IMG/VR virus record: IMGVR_UViG_3300009136_000003
From: an uncultured virus (IMG/VR IMGVR_UViG_3300009136_000003)
Lineage: Duplodnaviria; Heunggongvirae; Uroviricota; Caudoviricetes; Crassvirales
DNA length: 64,000 bases
Strand: one strand, 5' to 3'
In this document: positions 36,055 to 46,709 of the stretch, piece by piece
Position numbering within the stretch: the stretch's first letter is position 1
Layout of the letters: each line of letters begins with the position of its first letter
Notes under the pieces: generated by a model
What the model saw: the letters and a program-made list of their open reading frames with translations, nothing else
What the model was told of the DNA's origin: nothing
Databases searched by the model: none
Position numbers and translations under genes: made by a program

Positions 36055-37365
36055 ATGGCAAGAATTAGCACATACCCTATATCACAACCGACTGTTAATG
36101 ATATTTTATTAGGCTCGGATGCAGACAATTTGGATGTGACTAAGAACTATTTGCTTGGAGATATTATAGCACTAATTCCGGGAGGAAGTCTTAGCGTTCA
36201 GTCGCTAAACACTTTAACCGGAGTTGTTACTATAAATGGGTTAGGTGGTATTACGGTTACTGAGACAGGTAGTGTTATATCTATCGATGGAAGTAATGCA
36301 GGGAGTGTAAGTACCTTAAGCACAAATGGAACAACAGGAGCAGCAACATTAATAGCAGGAGCTTTAAACATACCTGACTATAGTAGCTCAGGAGTTACAG
36401 ATGTAAATTCAATAACAGGCTCTGTTAGTGTACAGCCTAAAGGTGGAATTGTTATTACAGAGGTTGGTAATGTTTTGTTTGTTGATGGAAGCGATGCAGG
36501 TAAGTTAGATAGCTTAAGTACAAATGGAACAACAGGGACAGCAACATTAATTGCGGGAGTTTTAAATATTCCTGATTATGGTAGTGGTGTTTCAGGAGTT
36601 ACAGATGTAAACTCAATAACAGGTTCTGTTGATGTAGCTTCTAAAGGTGGAATTGTTATTACAGAAGTTGGTAATACTTTATTTGTTGATGGAAGCAATG
36701 CAGGCTTGTTTGACAGTTTAACTGTTAACGGAACAACAGGAGCAGCAACATTTACAGGAGGAGTTTTAAACGTTCCTCAATACCAACGAGCTATTACTGT
36801 TACAACAGGAGGTTCAGGTTCAGCTAGTTTAATAGGAGCACAACTAAATATTCCTTATGAGCCTATAAGCTTAAGTGTTAATGGAACAACAGGCCCTGCA
36901 ACCCTTATAGGTACAGCCTTGAATATTCCTCAATATCAAAGAGCTATTACTGTTACAACAGGAGGAGGAGGAGAAGCAAGTCTTATAGGGGCACAACTAA
37001 ATATCCCTTATCTAAATTCATATAACACAGGAGCACCAACAGTTGTAAATGCATCAGCTTCAGGTAGTTCGTCTATCCCTACAGCAGCTTCATCAGGGGC
37101 TACAGTAAATATGTATTCGTGCACTTGGTCAGGAGGTAATGGTAACTATACTCTTACATTGCCATCTGCGGTAACAGATGCTTACAGAAGCATTAGGGTA
37201 ATTACTGATGGGACTTTTACAAACAACACTTTACAAGTTATATTAACTCCTGTATTTGGACAAACTATAAATGGAGTATCTTCTGTAGCTTTAAACAAAC
37301 AATACACAGGTATTTTAGTTTGGTCTGATGGTTCAAATTGGAGGGTAATCCAACAAATATCATAA
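36055..37365 (+). CDS. Fibre-like protein with internal tandem repeats
   Basis: Repeats of LSTNGTTGAATLIAGALNIP and VTDVNSITGSV..KGGIVITEVGN. Confidence 0.75.
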   Translation: MARISTYPISQPTVNDILLGSDADNLDVTKNYLLGDIIALIPGGSLSVQSLNTLTGVVTINGLGGITVTETGSVISIDGSNAGSVSTLSTNGTTGAATLIAGALNIPDYSSSGVTDVNSITGSVSVQPKGGIVITEVGNVLFVDGSDAGKLDSLSTNGTTGTATLIAGVLNIPDYGSGVSGVTDVNSITGSVDVASKGGIVITEVGNTLFVDGSNAGLFDSLTVNGTTGAATFTGGVLNVPQYQRAITVTTGGSGSASLIGAQLNIPYEPISLSVNGTTGPATLIGTALNIPQYQRAITVTTGGGGEASLIGAQLNIPYLNSYNTGAPTVVNASASGSSSIPTAASSGATVNMYSCTWSGGNGNYTLTLPSAVTDAYRSIRVITDGTFTNNTLQVILTPVFGQTINGVSSVALNKQYTGILVWSDGSNWRVIQQIS

Positions 37366-37368
37366 TAA

Positions 37369-37596
37369 ATGGATATAAGAAAAATAGCTGTTGGCCCTGA
37401 TTACAAGTCAGGAGCAATGCATTATATAGCAGGTCAAGAAGTTTTAGGGAACACATCAGTTATTCATCTTATAAAATATAACGAATCATCGGATTCTTTT
37501 GAAATTTGGATTAAATCAAAAGATAAACACGAAGTTATTTTATGGAAAAGGTTTATTAATATGCCTGTATCTATAGAGTTCAATGTGAATTTTTAG
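37369..37596 (+). CDS. Conserved hypothetical protein
   Basis: MDIRKIAVGPDYKSGAMHY...MPVSIEFN. Confidence 0.7.
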   Translation: MDIRKIAVGPDYKSGAMHYIAGQEVLGNTSVIHLIKYNESSDSFEIWIKSKDKHEVILWKRFINMPVSIEFNVNF

Positions 37597-37610
37597 AATC
37601 AAATTAAAAT

Positions 37611-38174
37611 ATGAAATCACCGTTCTTTTTTATAGCGACTCCTTTAAAGGGGAGGCGTTACAATAACACCAAAGATATTGGTGGGATTGAGTTTATAACA
37701 AGCACATCCGAAGAAGACCATAAGTTCTCTAACCGAGAGGCTATAGTTATGGAAGTCCCATTAGGGTATGAAGGCCCTATAAAGAAAGGTTACAAGCTTC
37801 TTGTACACCACAACGTATTCAAATTTTATAACGACATTAAAGGTGCTAGGAAAAGCGGAAGAAGTTTTTTTAAAGACAACTTGTTTTTTATTGAACCTGA
37901 CCAATTTTTCCTATATCACGATGGAAAAGAATGGCATACCTACGACAGGTATTGCTTTGTTAAGCCTATAAAAAAAGAAGATTCCTATCTTTATAAGAAT
38001 ACTAAAGAAGAACCCTTAGTTGGCTTGATTAAGTTTCCAAATAAATACTTAATTAGTAAAGGTGTTAGTAAGGGTGATAAGGTTTGTTTTCAACCTGACA
38101 GCGAATATGAGTTTGAGGTAGATGGTGAAAAATTATACCGTATGTATGACCACCAAATAACTATGGTACTATGA
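37611..38174 (+). CDS. Possible tandem GroES-fold protein
   Basis: Two segments resembling GroES (AIVMEVP..IKKGYKLLVH; VGLIKF..VSKGDKVCF..EFEVDGEKLYRM). Confidence 0.5.
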   Translation: MKSPFFFIATPLKGRRYNNTKDIGGIEFITSTSEEDHKFSNREAIVMEVPLGYEGPIKKGYKLLVHHNVFKFYNDIKGARKSGRSFFKDNLFFIEPDQFFLYHDGKEWHTYDRYCFVKPIKKEDSYLYKNTKEEPLVGLIKFPNKYLISKGVSKGDKVCFQPDSEYEFEVDGEKLYRMYDHQITMVL

Positions 38175-38270
38175 GAAGAGATTGGAAAGATATTCTATAC
38201 GATGAAATAAAAGATGACGAGGAGATTGGATTCTTTAGTCATAAATTAAGAAAATCTAAAAGGATTAAAG

Positions 38271-38555
38271 ATGACATCAAAAGAAACAAAGCTAAAGATA
38301 ATAAAGGCAGGGCACAAGGCGGTGGAGCAATTAATAAAGGTAGCTGAAGAGAAGATTATTAAGCACGACCCGGAAGACGCTTTGTCTGCGGATAGATTAA
38401 AAAATGCAGCTGCTACTAAAAAGTTGGCAATATTTGATGCGTTTGAAATTCTAAATAGAATAGAAGCAGAGCAAAAAGAAATAGAAGTTTCTGAAAAAGG
38501 GGCAAGTAAAACTGATACCAAACAAGGATTTGCAGAACGAAGGTCAAGAGGATAA
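38271..38555 (+). CDS. Putative terminase small subunit
   Basis: Small helical protein immediately upstream of the large subunit. Confidence 0.45.
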   Translation: MTSKETKLKIIKAGHKAVEQLIKVAEEKIIKHDPEDALSADRLKNAAATKKLAIFDAFEILNRIEAEQKEIEVSEKGASKTDTKQGFAERRSRG

Positions 38556-40779
38556 CTTATATATCGTAATAAAAGACTTTATTCCGAAGTCTGTGCTTAC
38601 CAATAAAAACAAAGGTAAGTCGTGGGAGTATGGATATAATCCAAAATATAACTTTATTGTCATATCAAAGGATGGTACTCTTGGAGATGTAGTAAGTATA
38701 CGTGGATTGGTAATCGGACTTCCTGCTACTCCAAAGTCTTGTTGGTCAAGGTCTAAGAAAAAAGAAGAGCAGTATTGGGAAAGGCAGGAGTTGCCTAAAG
38801 AGTTATCTAAGATTAAATCTATATTTCAATGGAATGATTTGCCATCAGACTTTAAAGACAGGCACGTTGACTACATTGAGCAGGAGTTTGATTACAGGGA
38901 GAGTGGGATGTTTTTTAAAAATAATGGCACATCTTCTTATATAACAGGCTCTCATTATATGTATCTACAATGGACATCAATAGATGTAGGTTATCCTGAC
39001 TTTAGGGAAGCAAACAGAATTTTTTGGATTTATTGGGAGGCTTGTAAAGCTGATAAAAGAAGTTTTGGGATGGACTATTTAAAGATAAGGCGTTCAGGTT
39101 TTTCTTTTATGGGGTCTTCTGAGTGTATAAATGTAGGTACTTTAGCAAGAGATGCAAGGGTTGGTATACTATCTAAGACAGGTAGTGACTCTAAGAAAAT
39201 GTTTACAGATAAGGTTGTCCCTATAAATAGTAGGCTTCCTTTTTTCTTTAAGCCTATTATGGATGGTATGGATAAGCCAAAAACTGAGTTAGCATTCAGA
39301 ATACCTGCATCAAAGATTACAAAGAAAAATATGTTTACCGTTCTTAATGATGATATGGAAGGTCTTGACACGACAATCGATTGGAAGAATACGGATGACA
39401 ACTCTTATGATGGTGAAAAACTATTGTTATTAGTACACGATGAGAGTGGAAAGTGGATTAAGCCTAACAATATACTAAACAATTGGCGAGTTACAAAAAC
39501 CTGTTTACGTTTGGGTAGCAAGATTATAGGTAAGTGTATGATGGGTTCAACCTCAAATGCATTAAGCAAGGGTGGTGGTAACTTTAAGAAGTTATATGAG
39601 GACTCAGATATTACTAGCCGTAACAGAAATGGTCAAACGAAAAGCGGTATGTATTCACTTTTTATTCCGATGGAGTGGAATATGGAGGGATTCATTGATA
39701 GGTTTGGGTTTCCTGTCTTACATAATCCTGAGAAACCTGTATTAGGTATTGACAATGAGATGATTACTCAAGGAGCAATTGACTATTGGCAGGCAGAAGT
39801 GGACTCTTTAAAAGATGATGCTGATGCATTAAATGAATTTTATAGACAGTTTCCTAGAACAGAGTCTCACGCTTTTAGAGATGAAAGTAAGCAGTCATTG
39901 TTTAACCTAACAAAGATATACCAACAAATTGATTATAACGACACTTTAATAACAGAGCATCACGTTACTCGTGGCTCGTTTGCTTGGAAGGATGGAATAA
40001 AAGATACTAAGGTTGTTTGGAGTCCTAATAAAAGCGGGAGATTTCTTGTAAGTTGGACTCCTAGTGGAACTTTGCAAAACAGGGTAGAAACTAGGCACGG
40101 AAAGAAGTGGCCCGGCAATGAACACATTGGAGCTTTCGGTTGTGACAGTTATGACATCTCAGGAGTAGTTGGTGGTGGTGGTTCTAATGGAGCACTACAC
40201 GGACTTACTAAGTTTAGTATGGAAGACGCACCGAGCAATGAGTTTTTTTTAGAGTATATAGCAAGACCTCAAACAGCAGAGATATTCTTTGAAGATGTTC
40301 TAATGGCTTGTGTTTTTTATGGTATGCCTATACTTTGTGAGAACAATAAGCCAAGGCTGTTGTATCACTTTAAAAATAGAGGTTATAGGGGCTATAGTAT
40401 GAATAGACCTGATAAGGTTATTAATAAACTTTCTAAGACAGAAAAAGAATTAGGAGGAATACCTAACTCAAGTGAAGATGTAAAGCAGGCACACGCATCA
40501 GCTATAGAGTCACACATTGAAAAGTATATAGGATTTGGTTCTGAGGTTGGTGACAGAAATGAAGATGATATAGGCTCAATGCCTTTTAGTAGAACTTTAG
40601 ATGATTGGGCTAAGTTTGATATTAGCAATAGAACTAAGTTTGATGCTAGTATATCTTCAGGATTGGCTATAATGGCCTGTCAAAAACACCTATATCAACC
40701 TACTAAAAAAGAGTCGAAAATAATCGTTAACTTTGCGAGATATAATAACAAGGGAACAATAAGCGAATATATTCAATGA
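38530..40779 (+). CDS. terL: Terminase large subunit (TTG start)
   Basis: KIRRSGFS Walker A, LLVHDESGK Walker B, MGST, nuclease GCDSYD, ENNK, FDASISSG. Confidence 0.88.
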   Translation: MQNEGQEDNLYIVIKDFIPKSVLTNKNKGKSWEYGYNPKYNFIVISKDGTLGDVVSIRGLVIGLPATPKSCWSRSKKKEEQYWERQELPKELSKIKSIFQWNDLPSDFKDRHVDYIEQEFDYRESGMFFKNNGTSSYITGSHYMYLQWTSIDVGYPDFREANRIFWIYWEACKADKRSFGMDYLKIRRSGFSFMGSSECINVGTLARDARVGILSKTGSDSKKMFTDKVVPINSRLPFFFKPIMDGMDKPKTELAFRIPASKITKKNMFTVLNDDMEGLDTTIDWKNTDDNSYDGEKLLLLVHDESGKWIKPNNILNNWRVTKTCLRLGSKIIGKCMMGSTSNALSKGGGNFKKLYEDSDITSRNRNGQTKSGMYSLFIPMEWNMEGFIDRFGFPVLHNPEKPVLGIDNEMITQGAIDYWQAEVDSLKDDADALNEFYRQFPRTESHAFRDESKQSLFNLTKIYQQIDYNDTLITEHHVTRGSFAWKDGIKDTKVVWSPNKSGRFLVSWTPSGTLQNRVETRHGKKWPGNEHIGAFGCDSYDISGVVGGGGSNGALHGLTKFSMEDAPSNEFFLEYIARPQTAEIFFEDVLMACVFYGMPILCENNKPRLLYHFKNRGYRGYSMNRPDKVINKLSKTEKELGGIPNSSEDVKQAHASAIESHIEKYIGFGSEVGDRNEDDIGSMPFSRTLDDWAKFDISNRTKFDASISSGLAIMACQKHLYQPTKKESKIIVNFARYNNKGTISEYIQ

Positions 40780-43211
40780 GAGATGTTAATGTAAACATAA
40801 CATCGACAGGTTTTCCAAGTCAATTTGTATCTGATTCTGAGAAGAAGAAAGATGAGTTTGGCTTACAGGTCGGTCAGGCTATTCAATATGAATGGTTTAA
40901 GAAAGACGGAACTCAATGTAGATTCTACGACCAATGGAGAACTTTCCATAGGCTTAGGCTTTATGCAAGGGGAGAACAATCTGTTGGTAAATATAAAAAC
41001 GAATTAGCAATAGATGGGGATTTAAGTTATCTTAATTTAGATTGGACACCTGTTCCTATACTTCCTAAGTTCGTAGATATCGTAGTTAATGGGATGTCTG
41101 ACAGACTATTTAAGGTTAAGGCTTTTGCACAGGACGCAATGTCTCAGCAAAAACGAAGCAAGTATCAAGACCTTATTCAGGGACAGATGATTGCGAAACC
41201 TATTCTAGAAACAATTCAAAAAAAAACAGGAGCAAATCCTTTTGTTACTTCGCCTGAAGAACTACCTGAATCAGATGAAGAGTTGGCTTTGTATATGCAA
41301 TTGAACTACAAGCCTGCAATTGAGATTGCTGAAGAGCAAGCTGTTAATACTATTTTTGAAGACAATAAGTATGTAGACATTAGAAAAAGATTTGACTATG
41401 ACCAAACGGTTATAGGTATATCTGTAGGTAAGCACGAGTTTTTGCCCGGTTCAGGTGTTGAGATTAGTTATGTAGACCCTGCAAATGTGGTGTACAGTTA
41501 TACTGAAGACCCACACTTTAAGGATTGTTTTTATTGGGGAGAGGTTAAGACAGTTCCTATTACGGATTTAATGAAGATTGACCCAACACTTTCTAAAGAG
41601 GATTTAGAAACAATTTCTAAAAGCTCACAGGGTTGGATGGATTATTACAATACAGCACAGTATTATGATAATGATATATTTTATAGAGACACTTGTACTT
41701 TAATGTACTTCAATTACAAGACAACAAATACGTTTACTTATAAGAAAAAAATAAATGATTCCGGTTCAATAAAAATGGTTCAAAAGGATGACACATTTAA
41801 TCCACCGGCTGAGATGCTTGAGGAAGGAAACTTTGAAAAGGTATCTAAAACAATTGATGTATGGTATGAGGGTATAATGGTTATGGGTACAAACATCTTG
41901 TTAAAGTGGGAGATGGCTGAGAATATGGTTAGACCTAAGTCAGCGTCTCAGCACGCTATACCAAATTATGTAGCGGTAGCACCTCGTATGTACAAGGGTG
42001 TTATTGAGTCTTTAGTTAGAAGGATGATACCGTTCGCTGACCTTATTCAGATTACTCATTTAAAACTTCAGCAGGTTATATCTAAGGTTGTACCTGACGG
42101 TGTGTTTATTGATGCCGATGGATTAAATGAAGTAGACTTGGGTACAGGTAATGCTTATAACCCTGCAGATGCTTTACGATTATACTTCCAAACAGGTAGT
42201 GTTATCGGTAGGAGCTACACGCAAGATGGTGATTACAATCAAGGTAAAGTTCCTATAACACAGCTTACAAGCAGTTCGGGAGCGTCTAAGACACAAATGC
42301 TTATAGGTAACTATAATCACTACTTAGGAATGATTCGCTCTGTAACAGGCTTAAATGAAGCAAGAGACGGAAGTTCTCCTGACCCTAATGCTTTAGTTGG
42401 TGTTCAGAAGTTAGCAGCATTAAATTCAAACACAGCTACAAGACACATACTTGAAGGAAGTTTATATATGTACAGAGCATTTGCTCAGGCATTAACTTAT
42501 AGAATATCTGATATTTTAGAGTATGCTGATTTTAAAGATGAGTTTGTAAACCAAATTGGAAAATACAACGTAAGTATTTTAGGAGAGATATCTGACTTAT
42601 ATATTTATGACTTTGGTATATTTATAGAGGTTGCACCTGACGAGGAACAAAAAGCTCAGTTAGAGCAAAATATTCAAGTGGCTCTATCTAATGGAGGAAT
42701 AGATTTAGAGGATGCTATTGACATAAGAGAGCTTAGAAACATTAAGACTGCAAACCAACTTTTAAAATTAAAAAGGAAGTCAAAGCAAGAGCGTGAGGAG
42801 AGATTGGTTGCAGAGCAACAGGCAATGCAGGCTCAACAAGCAATGCAACAGCAACAGGCTCAAGCTCAAATTCAAGCCCAAGGTATTCAAATGCAGCTTG
42901 ACCAAAAACTGCAAATTATTCAAGCAGAAAATCAAGCGGCAATGCAAAGAATGCAAGGTGAAGCTCAATTAAAAGCAGGTCTTATGGACAGGGAGTTTCA
43001 AATAAATATGCAACTTAGAGGAGCTGAAGAAGCACAACTAGGAGCAAGAGAACAAAAAAGAGAAGACGCTAAGTCTGAAAGAATTAGTCAACAAAATAGT
43101 GAGCAAAGTAAGTTGATAAATCAAAGAAAAAATAACCTACCTCCAATGACATTTGAATCTAACGAGGATAGTATGGATGGGTTTGATTTTTCTGAATTCA
43201 ATCCAAGGTAA
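40776..43211 (+). CDS. Portal protein
   Basis: 811 aa after the terminase; PILPKFVDIVVNG; Q-rich C-terminal barrel. Confidence 0.82.
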   Translation: MRDVNVNITSTGFPSQFVSDSEKKKDEFGLQVGQAIQYEWFKKDGTQCRFYDQWRTFHRLRLYARGEQSVGKYKNELAIDGDLSYLNLDWTPVPILPKFVDIVVNGMSDRLFKVKAFAQDAMSQQKRSKYQDLIQGQMIAKPILETIQKKTGANPFVTSPEELPESDEELALYMQLNYKPAIEIAEEQAVNTIFEDNKYVDIRKRFDYDQTVIGISVGKHEFLPGSGVEISYVDPANVVYSYTEDPHFKDCFYWGEVKTVPITDLMKIDPTLSKEDLETISKSSQGWMDYYNTAQYYDNDIFYRDTCTLMYFNYKTTNTFTYKKKINDSGSIKMVQKDDTFNPPAEMLEEGNFEKVSKTIDVWYEGIMVMGTNILLKWEMAENMVRPKSASQHAIPNYVAVAPRMYKGVIESLVRRMIPFADLIQITHLKLQQVISKVVPDGVFIDADGLNEVDLGTGNAYNPADALRLYFQTGSVIGRSYTQDGDYNQGKVPITQLTSSSGASKTQMLIGNYNHYLGMIRSVTGLNEARDGSSPDPNALVGVQKLAALNSNTATRHILEGSLYMYRAFAQALTYRISDILEYADFKDEFVNQIGKYNVSILGEISDLYIYDFGIFIEVAPDEEQKAQLEQNIQVALSNGGIDLEDAIDIRELRNIKTANQLLKLKRKSKQEREERLVAEQQAMQAQQAMQQQQAQAQIQAQGIQMQLDQKLQIIQAENQAAMQRMQGEAQLKAGLMDREFQINMQLRGAEEAQLGAREQKREDAKSERISQQNSEQSKLINQRKNNLPPMTFESNEDSMDGFDFSEFNPR

Positions 43212-43236
43212 ATTATAAATTAAATCTAAATTAAAT

Positions 43237-44337
43237 ATGGAATACACAAATGTAAAAATTGTTTCTGACGCTGAAGAGAAGTCGGTACAACAAGTTGAAG
43301 GGGAGTTGCTTAATAAACACGAACAGAAGTTTGAAGATACACAGCCTACTGATATAGAATCTGTTGAAACACAGACTATTGAGTCAGAGCCTGTTGATAG
43401 TAGTTTGAAAGAAGAAGACGTTCTTTCTTTTATGAGAAACAGGTACGGCAATGAGATTAATTCTCTTGACGACTTAACTCAAGCACGAGAAGAAAATAGT
43501 GAGCTACCTGAAGACGTAGCTGCTTATTATAAGTATAAAAAAGAAACAGGAAGAGGTATAAAGGATTTTGTTAAGTTAAACGAAGACTTTGATGCGAAAG
43601 ACCCTGATAAATTATTAAGAGAGTATTTAACCGCTACTGAGAAAGGGTTAGACGAAGAGGATATTGATTCAATGATGGAAGATTACTTCTATGATGAAGA
43701 CCTTGACGAAGAGTCTGATATTAGAAAGGTTAAACTTTTAAAAAAGAAAACTATTGCTAAGGCCAAAGATTATTTTGAAGCTGAAAAAGAAAAATATGGA
43801 ACATCCCTTGAGTCAAGTGGGTTATCCTTTTCTTCGGACGAACAAGAAGAGTTGAAGGAGTATAAGCAGTATGTTAGTGAGGCTAAGACTAAGGACGAAG
43901 AAATATTGCGTAAAGCCGATTGGTATAAGCAAAAGACTTCAGAAGTTTTCGGAGGCGAGTTCAAAGGTTTTGAGTTTACTGTTGATGGAGACAAAAAAGT
44001 TAATTTCAAGCCGGGGGAAACAAGTGAGTTATTAAATAAGCATCAATCACCTCAAGACTTTGTAAAGGATTACTTAGACGAGGATGGTATGCTTAAGGAT
44101 TCAGTTGGATACCACAAGTCATTAGCCGTGGCAATGAACCCTGACAAGTTTGCTAAGTTCTTTTATGAGCAAGGTAAGGCTGAAGGAAAGGATGATGTAA
44201 TGAAACAGACTAAGAACGTGAATATGTCTGCAAGAAATACACCTGAATTTTCATCACAAGGGGGAACGCAAGTTAGAGCCGTCAATCCCGACTCAGGACG
44301 TGGCTTGAAAATAAGGAGCAATAAGAAAAATAATTAA
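43237..44337 (+). CDS. Putative scaffolding protein
   Basis: Highly acidic and helical, between portal and capsid genes. Confidence 0.65.
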   Translation: MEYTNVKIVSDAEEKSVQQVEGELLNKHEQKFEDTQPTDIESVETQTIESEPVDSSLKEEDVLSFMRNRYGNEINSLDDLTQAREENSELPEDVAAYYKYKKETGRGIKDFVKLNEDFDAKDPDKLLREYLTATEKGLDEEDIDSMMEDYFYDEDLDEESDIRKVKLLKKKTIAKAKDYFEAEKEKYGTSLESSGLSFSSDEQEELKEYKQYVSEAKTKDEEILRKADWYKQKTSEVFGGEFKGFEFTVDGDKKVNFKPGETSELLNKHQSPQDFVKDYLDEDGMLKDSVGYHKSLAVAMNPDKFAKFFYEQGKAEGKDDVMKQTKNVNMSARNTPEFSSQGGTQVRAVNPDSGRGLKIRSNKKNN

Positions 44338-44355
44338 TATTAAAAATTAGAAAAA

Positions 44356-45807
44356 ATGGCAGGACAAGTAAATGCAACGCCCGGATTCGATTTGCAGCCA
44401 AGTGCATCGCAAACACCGTTATCCACAAATTATATTACCAACTTTGATTTCTTAAATCAGTATCTTCCGGATACTTACGAAAAGGAATTTGAGCGTTATG
44501 GTAACAGAACAATCTCATCTTTCTTACGTATGGTAGGTGCTGAGATGCCTTCTAACTCTGACCTTATCAAATGGGCAGAACAAGGAAGATTACACACGAA
44601 GTATGTAAACTGTCTATCTACAGGAGCAGCAGCAGATGATGTAGCTACTATTGGAGTGAATGACGTTTTAGTACCGGCAAATCAAGCAGCAGGACAGGCA
44701 TCGCAAATTGCGGTACGTGTTGGTCAGACTGTAATGGTTATTGGAAACGCAGGTGGCGGTTCTAACAAAGCTATTGTAACTGCGGTTAATACTGCAGCAG
44801 CAACCTTTGACATAGCTTACTACGAAGCAGCAGGACAGGCTTTTGGTCAAGCAGAGGTTTGTACTGTATTTATTTATGGTTCAGAGTTTAAGAAAGGAAC
44901 AAACGGAATGCAAGGCTCTTTAGAGGCTGATGACGTAATCTTTGAAAACTCTCCAATTATCATAAAAGATAAGTACTCTGTATCAGGTTCTGATATGGCT
45001 CAAATTGGATGGATTGAGGTTACAACTGAGAACGGTGCTTCAGGATACCTATGGTATTTGAAGTCTGAGCACGAAACTCGTTTACGTTTTGATGACTATC
45101 TTGAAACTGCAATGATTGAAGCTGTTCCTGCTGAAGTAGGTTCGGGTGCAATTGCAGCTACAGGTGATGTAGGAAACAAAGGTTCTGAAGGTATATTCCA
45201 CGTAGTCTCTAACAGAGGTAACGTATGGGGTGGAGGAAATCCAACTACACTAGCAGAATTTGATACCATTGTTAGTCGTTTAGACAAGCAGGGTGCTATT
45301 GAAGAGAACGTATTATTCGTTGACAGAGATTTCTCTTTTGACATTGATGATATGTTAGCTACACTTAACGGTTACGTTGCAGGTGGTTCTTCTAACTCAG
45401 CTTCTTTCGGTTTGTTTGACAACGATACTGAAATGGCATTGAACTTAGGATTCTCAGGATTCCGTAGAGGTTACGATTTCTACAAGTCTGATTGGAAATA
45501 CTTGAATGACCCAACAATGCGTGGTGGTCTTGCAGGTGGAGCAGGTTCAGGTAAAGTAAGTGGTATGTTAGTTCCTGCAGGTTCTACTTCTGTTTATGAC
45601 CAAATCTTAGGAAAGAATGCAAAGCGTCCTTTCTTACACGTTCGTTACAGAGCTTCAGAAACTGAAGACAGACGTTACAAGACTTGGATTACAGGTTCAG
45701 CAGGTGGAGCACAGAACTCTGACCTTGATGCAATGGAGGTAAACTTCTTGTCTGAGAGAGCAGTATGTACTTTAGGTGCAAATAACTTCTTTATCTTCCA
45801 AGATTAA
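44356..45807 (+). CDS. Major capsid protein
   Basis: 483 aa, in the expected position after the scaffold, followed by a strong terminator. Confidence 0.8.
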   Translation: MAGQVNATPGFDLQPSASQTPLSTNYITNFDFLNQYLPDTYEKEFERYGNRTISSFLRMVGAEMPSNSDLIKWAEQGRLHTKYVNCLSTGAAADDVATIGVNDVLVPANQAAGQASQIAVRVGQTVMVIGNAGGGSNKAIVTAVNTAAATFDIAYYEAAGQAFGQAEVCTVFIYGSEFKKGTNGMQGSLEADDVIFENSPIIIKDKYSVSGSDMAQIGWIEVTTENGASGYLWYLKSEHETRLRFDDYLETAMIEAVPAEVGSGAIAATGDVGNKGSEGIFHVVSNRGNVWGGGNPTTLAEFDTIVSRLDKQGAIEENVLFVDRDFSFDIDDMLATLNGYVAGGSSNSASFGLFDNDTEMALNLGFSGFRRGYDFYKSDWKYLNDPTMRGGLAGGAGSGKVSGMLVPAGSTSVYDQILGKNAKRPFLHVRYRASETEDRRYKTWITGSAGGAQNSDLDAMEVNFLSERAVCTLGANNFFIFQD

Positions 45808-45820
45808 GTAGATTAAATAT

Positions 45821-45852
45821 AGGATGGTGTCTTCAAGGACACCATCCTTTTT
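45821..45852 (+). terminator. Capsid-gene terminator built on the dispersed palindrome
   Basis: AGGATGGTGTCT-TCAA-GGACACCATCCT-TTTT. Confidence 0.85.
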
Positions 45853-45876
45853 ATTATAAACTTTAAATTATATCAA

Positions 45877-46629
45877 ATGAAAAAAGGTACAAAAAAATTT
45901 GTAGATAAGACTTACAAACTAACAAGAGACGCAGCTCCTCTTTCTTTTATGCTGCCAACTAGAAACTCAAGAAGGTTTCCATTATTACACTTTGATGATG
46001 TAACAGGTACAAACCGTGCTCTTAGGTATGCACGTAATCAAAACTCACCATTTGAAGATGAGCAGGATGGGAATGCTATACTAGAGCCTGTTATTTTTGA
46101 AGATGGTTTCTTAACCGTTCCAAAAAATAATCAGGTATTACAAGAGTTTTTACACTATCATCCATTAAACGGTAAAAAATTTAATGAAGTAAATGAGGCA
46201 AAAGATGCAGCAGAGATTGTTCAAATCTTAAACTTAGAAGTAGATGCTTTAATTGAAGCAAGACAGCTTTCTATAGAAATGATAGAGAATGTTAGCCGAG
46301 TATTATTTGGAAAAGATTCATCTAAAGTATCAACAGCAGAACTAAAGCGTGATATTTTAATATTTGCAAAGAGAGAGCCACAAGAGTTTTTAAATATTCT
46401 TGGAGACCCTATGCTGAAACTACAAGGAAATGTTGCTTTATTTTTTGATAAGAAATTACTTACCTTTAGAAAAAACCAAAAGGAGGTATGGTTCAATACT
46501 TCAAGTAATAAAAGTAGAATGCTAGTAGTCCCTTACGGAGAGGATGCAAAGTTTATTGTTGCTTCTTATTTATCAAGCGATGAAGGATTAGATTCATTAA
46601 AATTACTTGAAAGTATTTTAGAGTCTTAG
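45877..46629 (+). CDS. Conserved hypothetical head-module protein
   Basis: ORF directly after the capsid gene. Confidence 0.75.
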   Translation: MKKGTKKFVDKTYKLTRDAAPLSFMLPTRNSRRFPLLHFDDVTGTNRALRYARNQNSPFEDEQDGNAILEPVIFEDGFLTVPKNNQVLQEFLHYHPLNGKKFNEVNEAKDAAEIVQILNLEVDALIEARQLSIEMIENVSRVLFGKDSSKVSTAELKRDILIFAKREPQEFLNILGDPMLKLQGNVALFFDKKLLTFRKNQKEVWFNTSSNKSRMLVVPYGEDAKFIVASYLSSDEGLDSLKLLESILES

Positions 46630-46652
46630 TAATAAACATTATAAGATAGAAT

Positions 46653-46684
46653 AGGAGGTCACAAAATGTGACCTCTTTTTTTTT
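46653..46684 (+). terminator. Rho-independent terminator
   Basis: GAGGTCAC-AAAAT-GTGACCTC followed by a T tract. Confidence 0.85.
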
Positions 46685-46709
46685 CCCTATCTTTGTAAAA
46701 AAGTTTACG

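Noticed and set aside
30245..37365. Diversity-generating retroelement or invertase shufflon acting on the fibres
   Set aside because: No reverse transcriptase or recombinase gene, and no adenine-specific TR/VR pair or inverted repeats seen.
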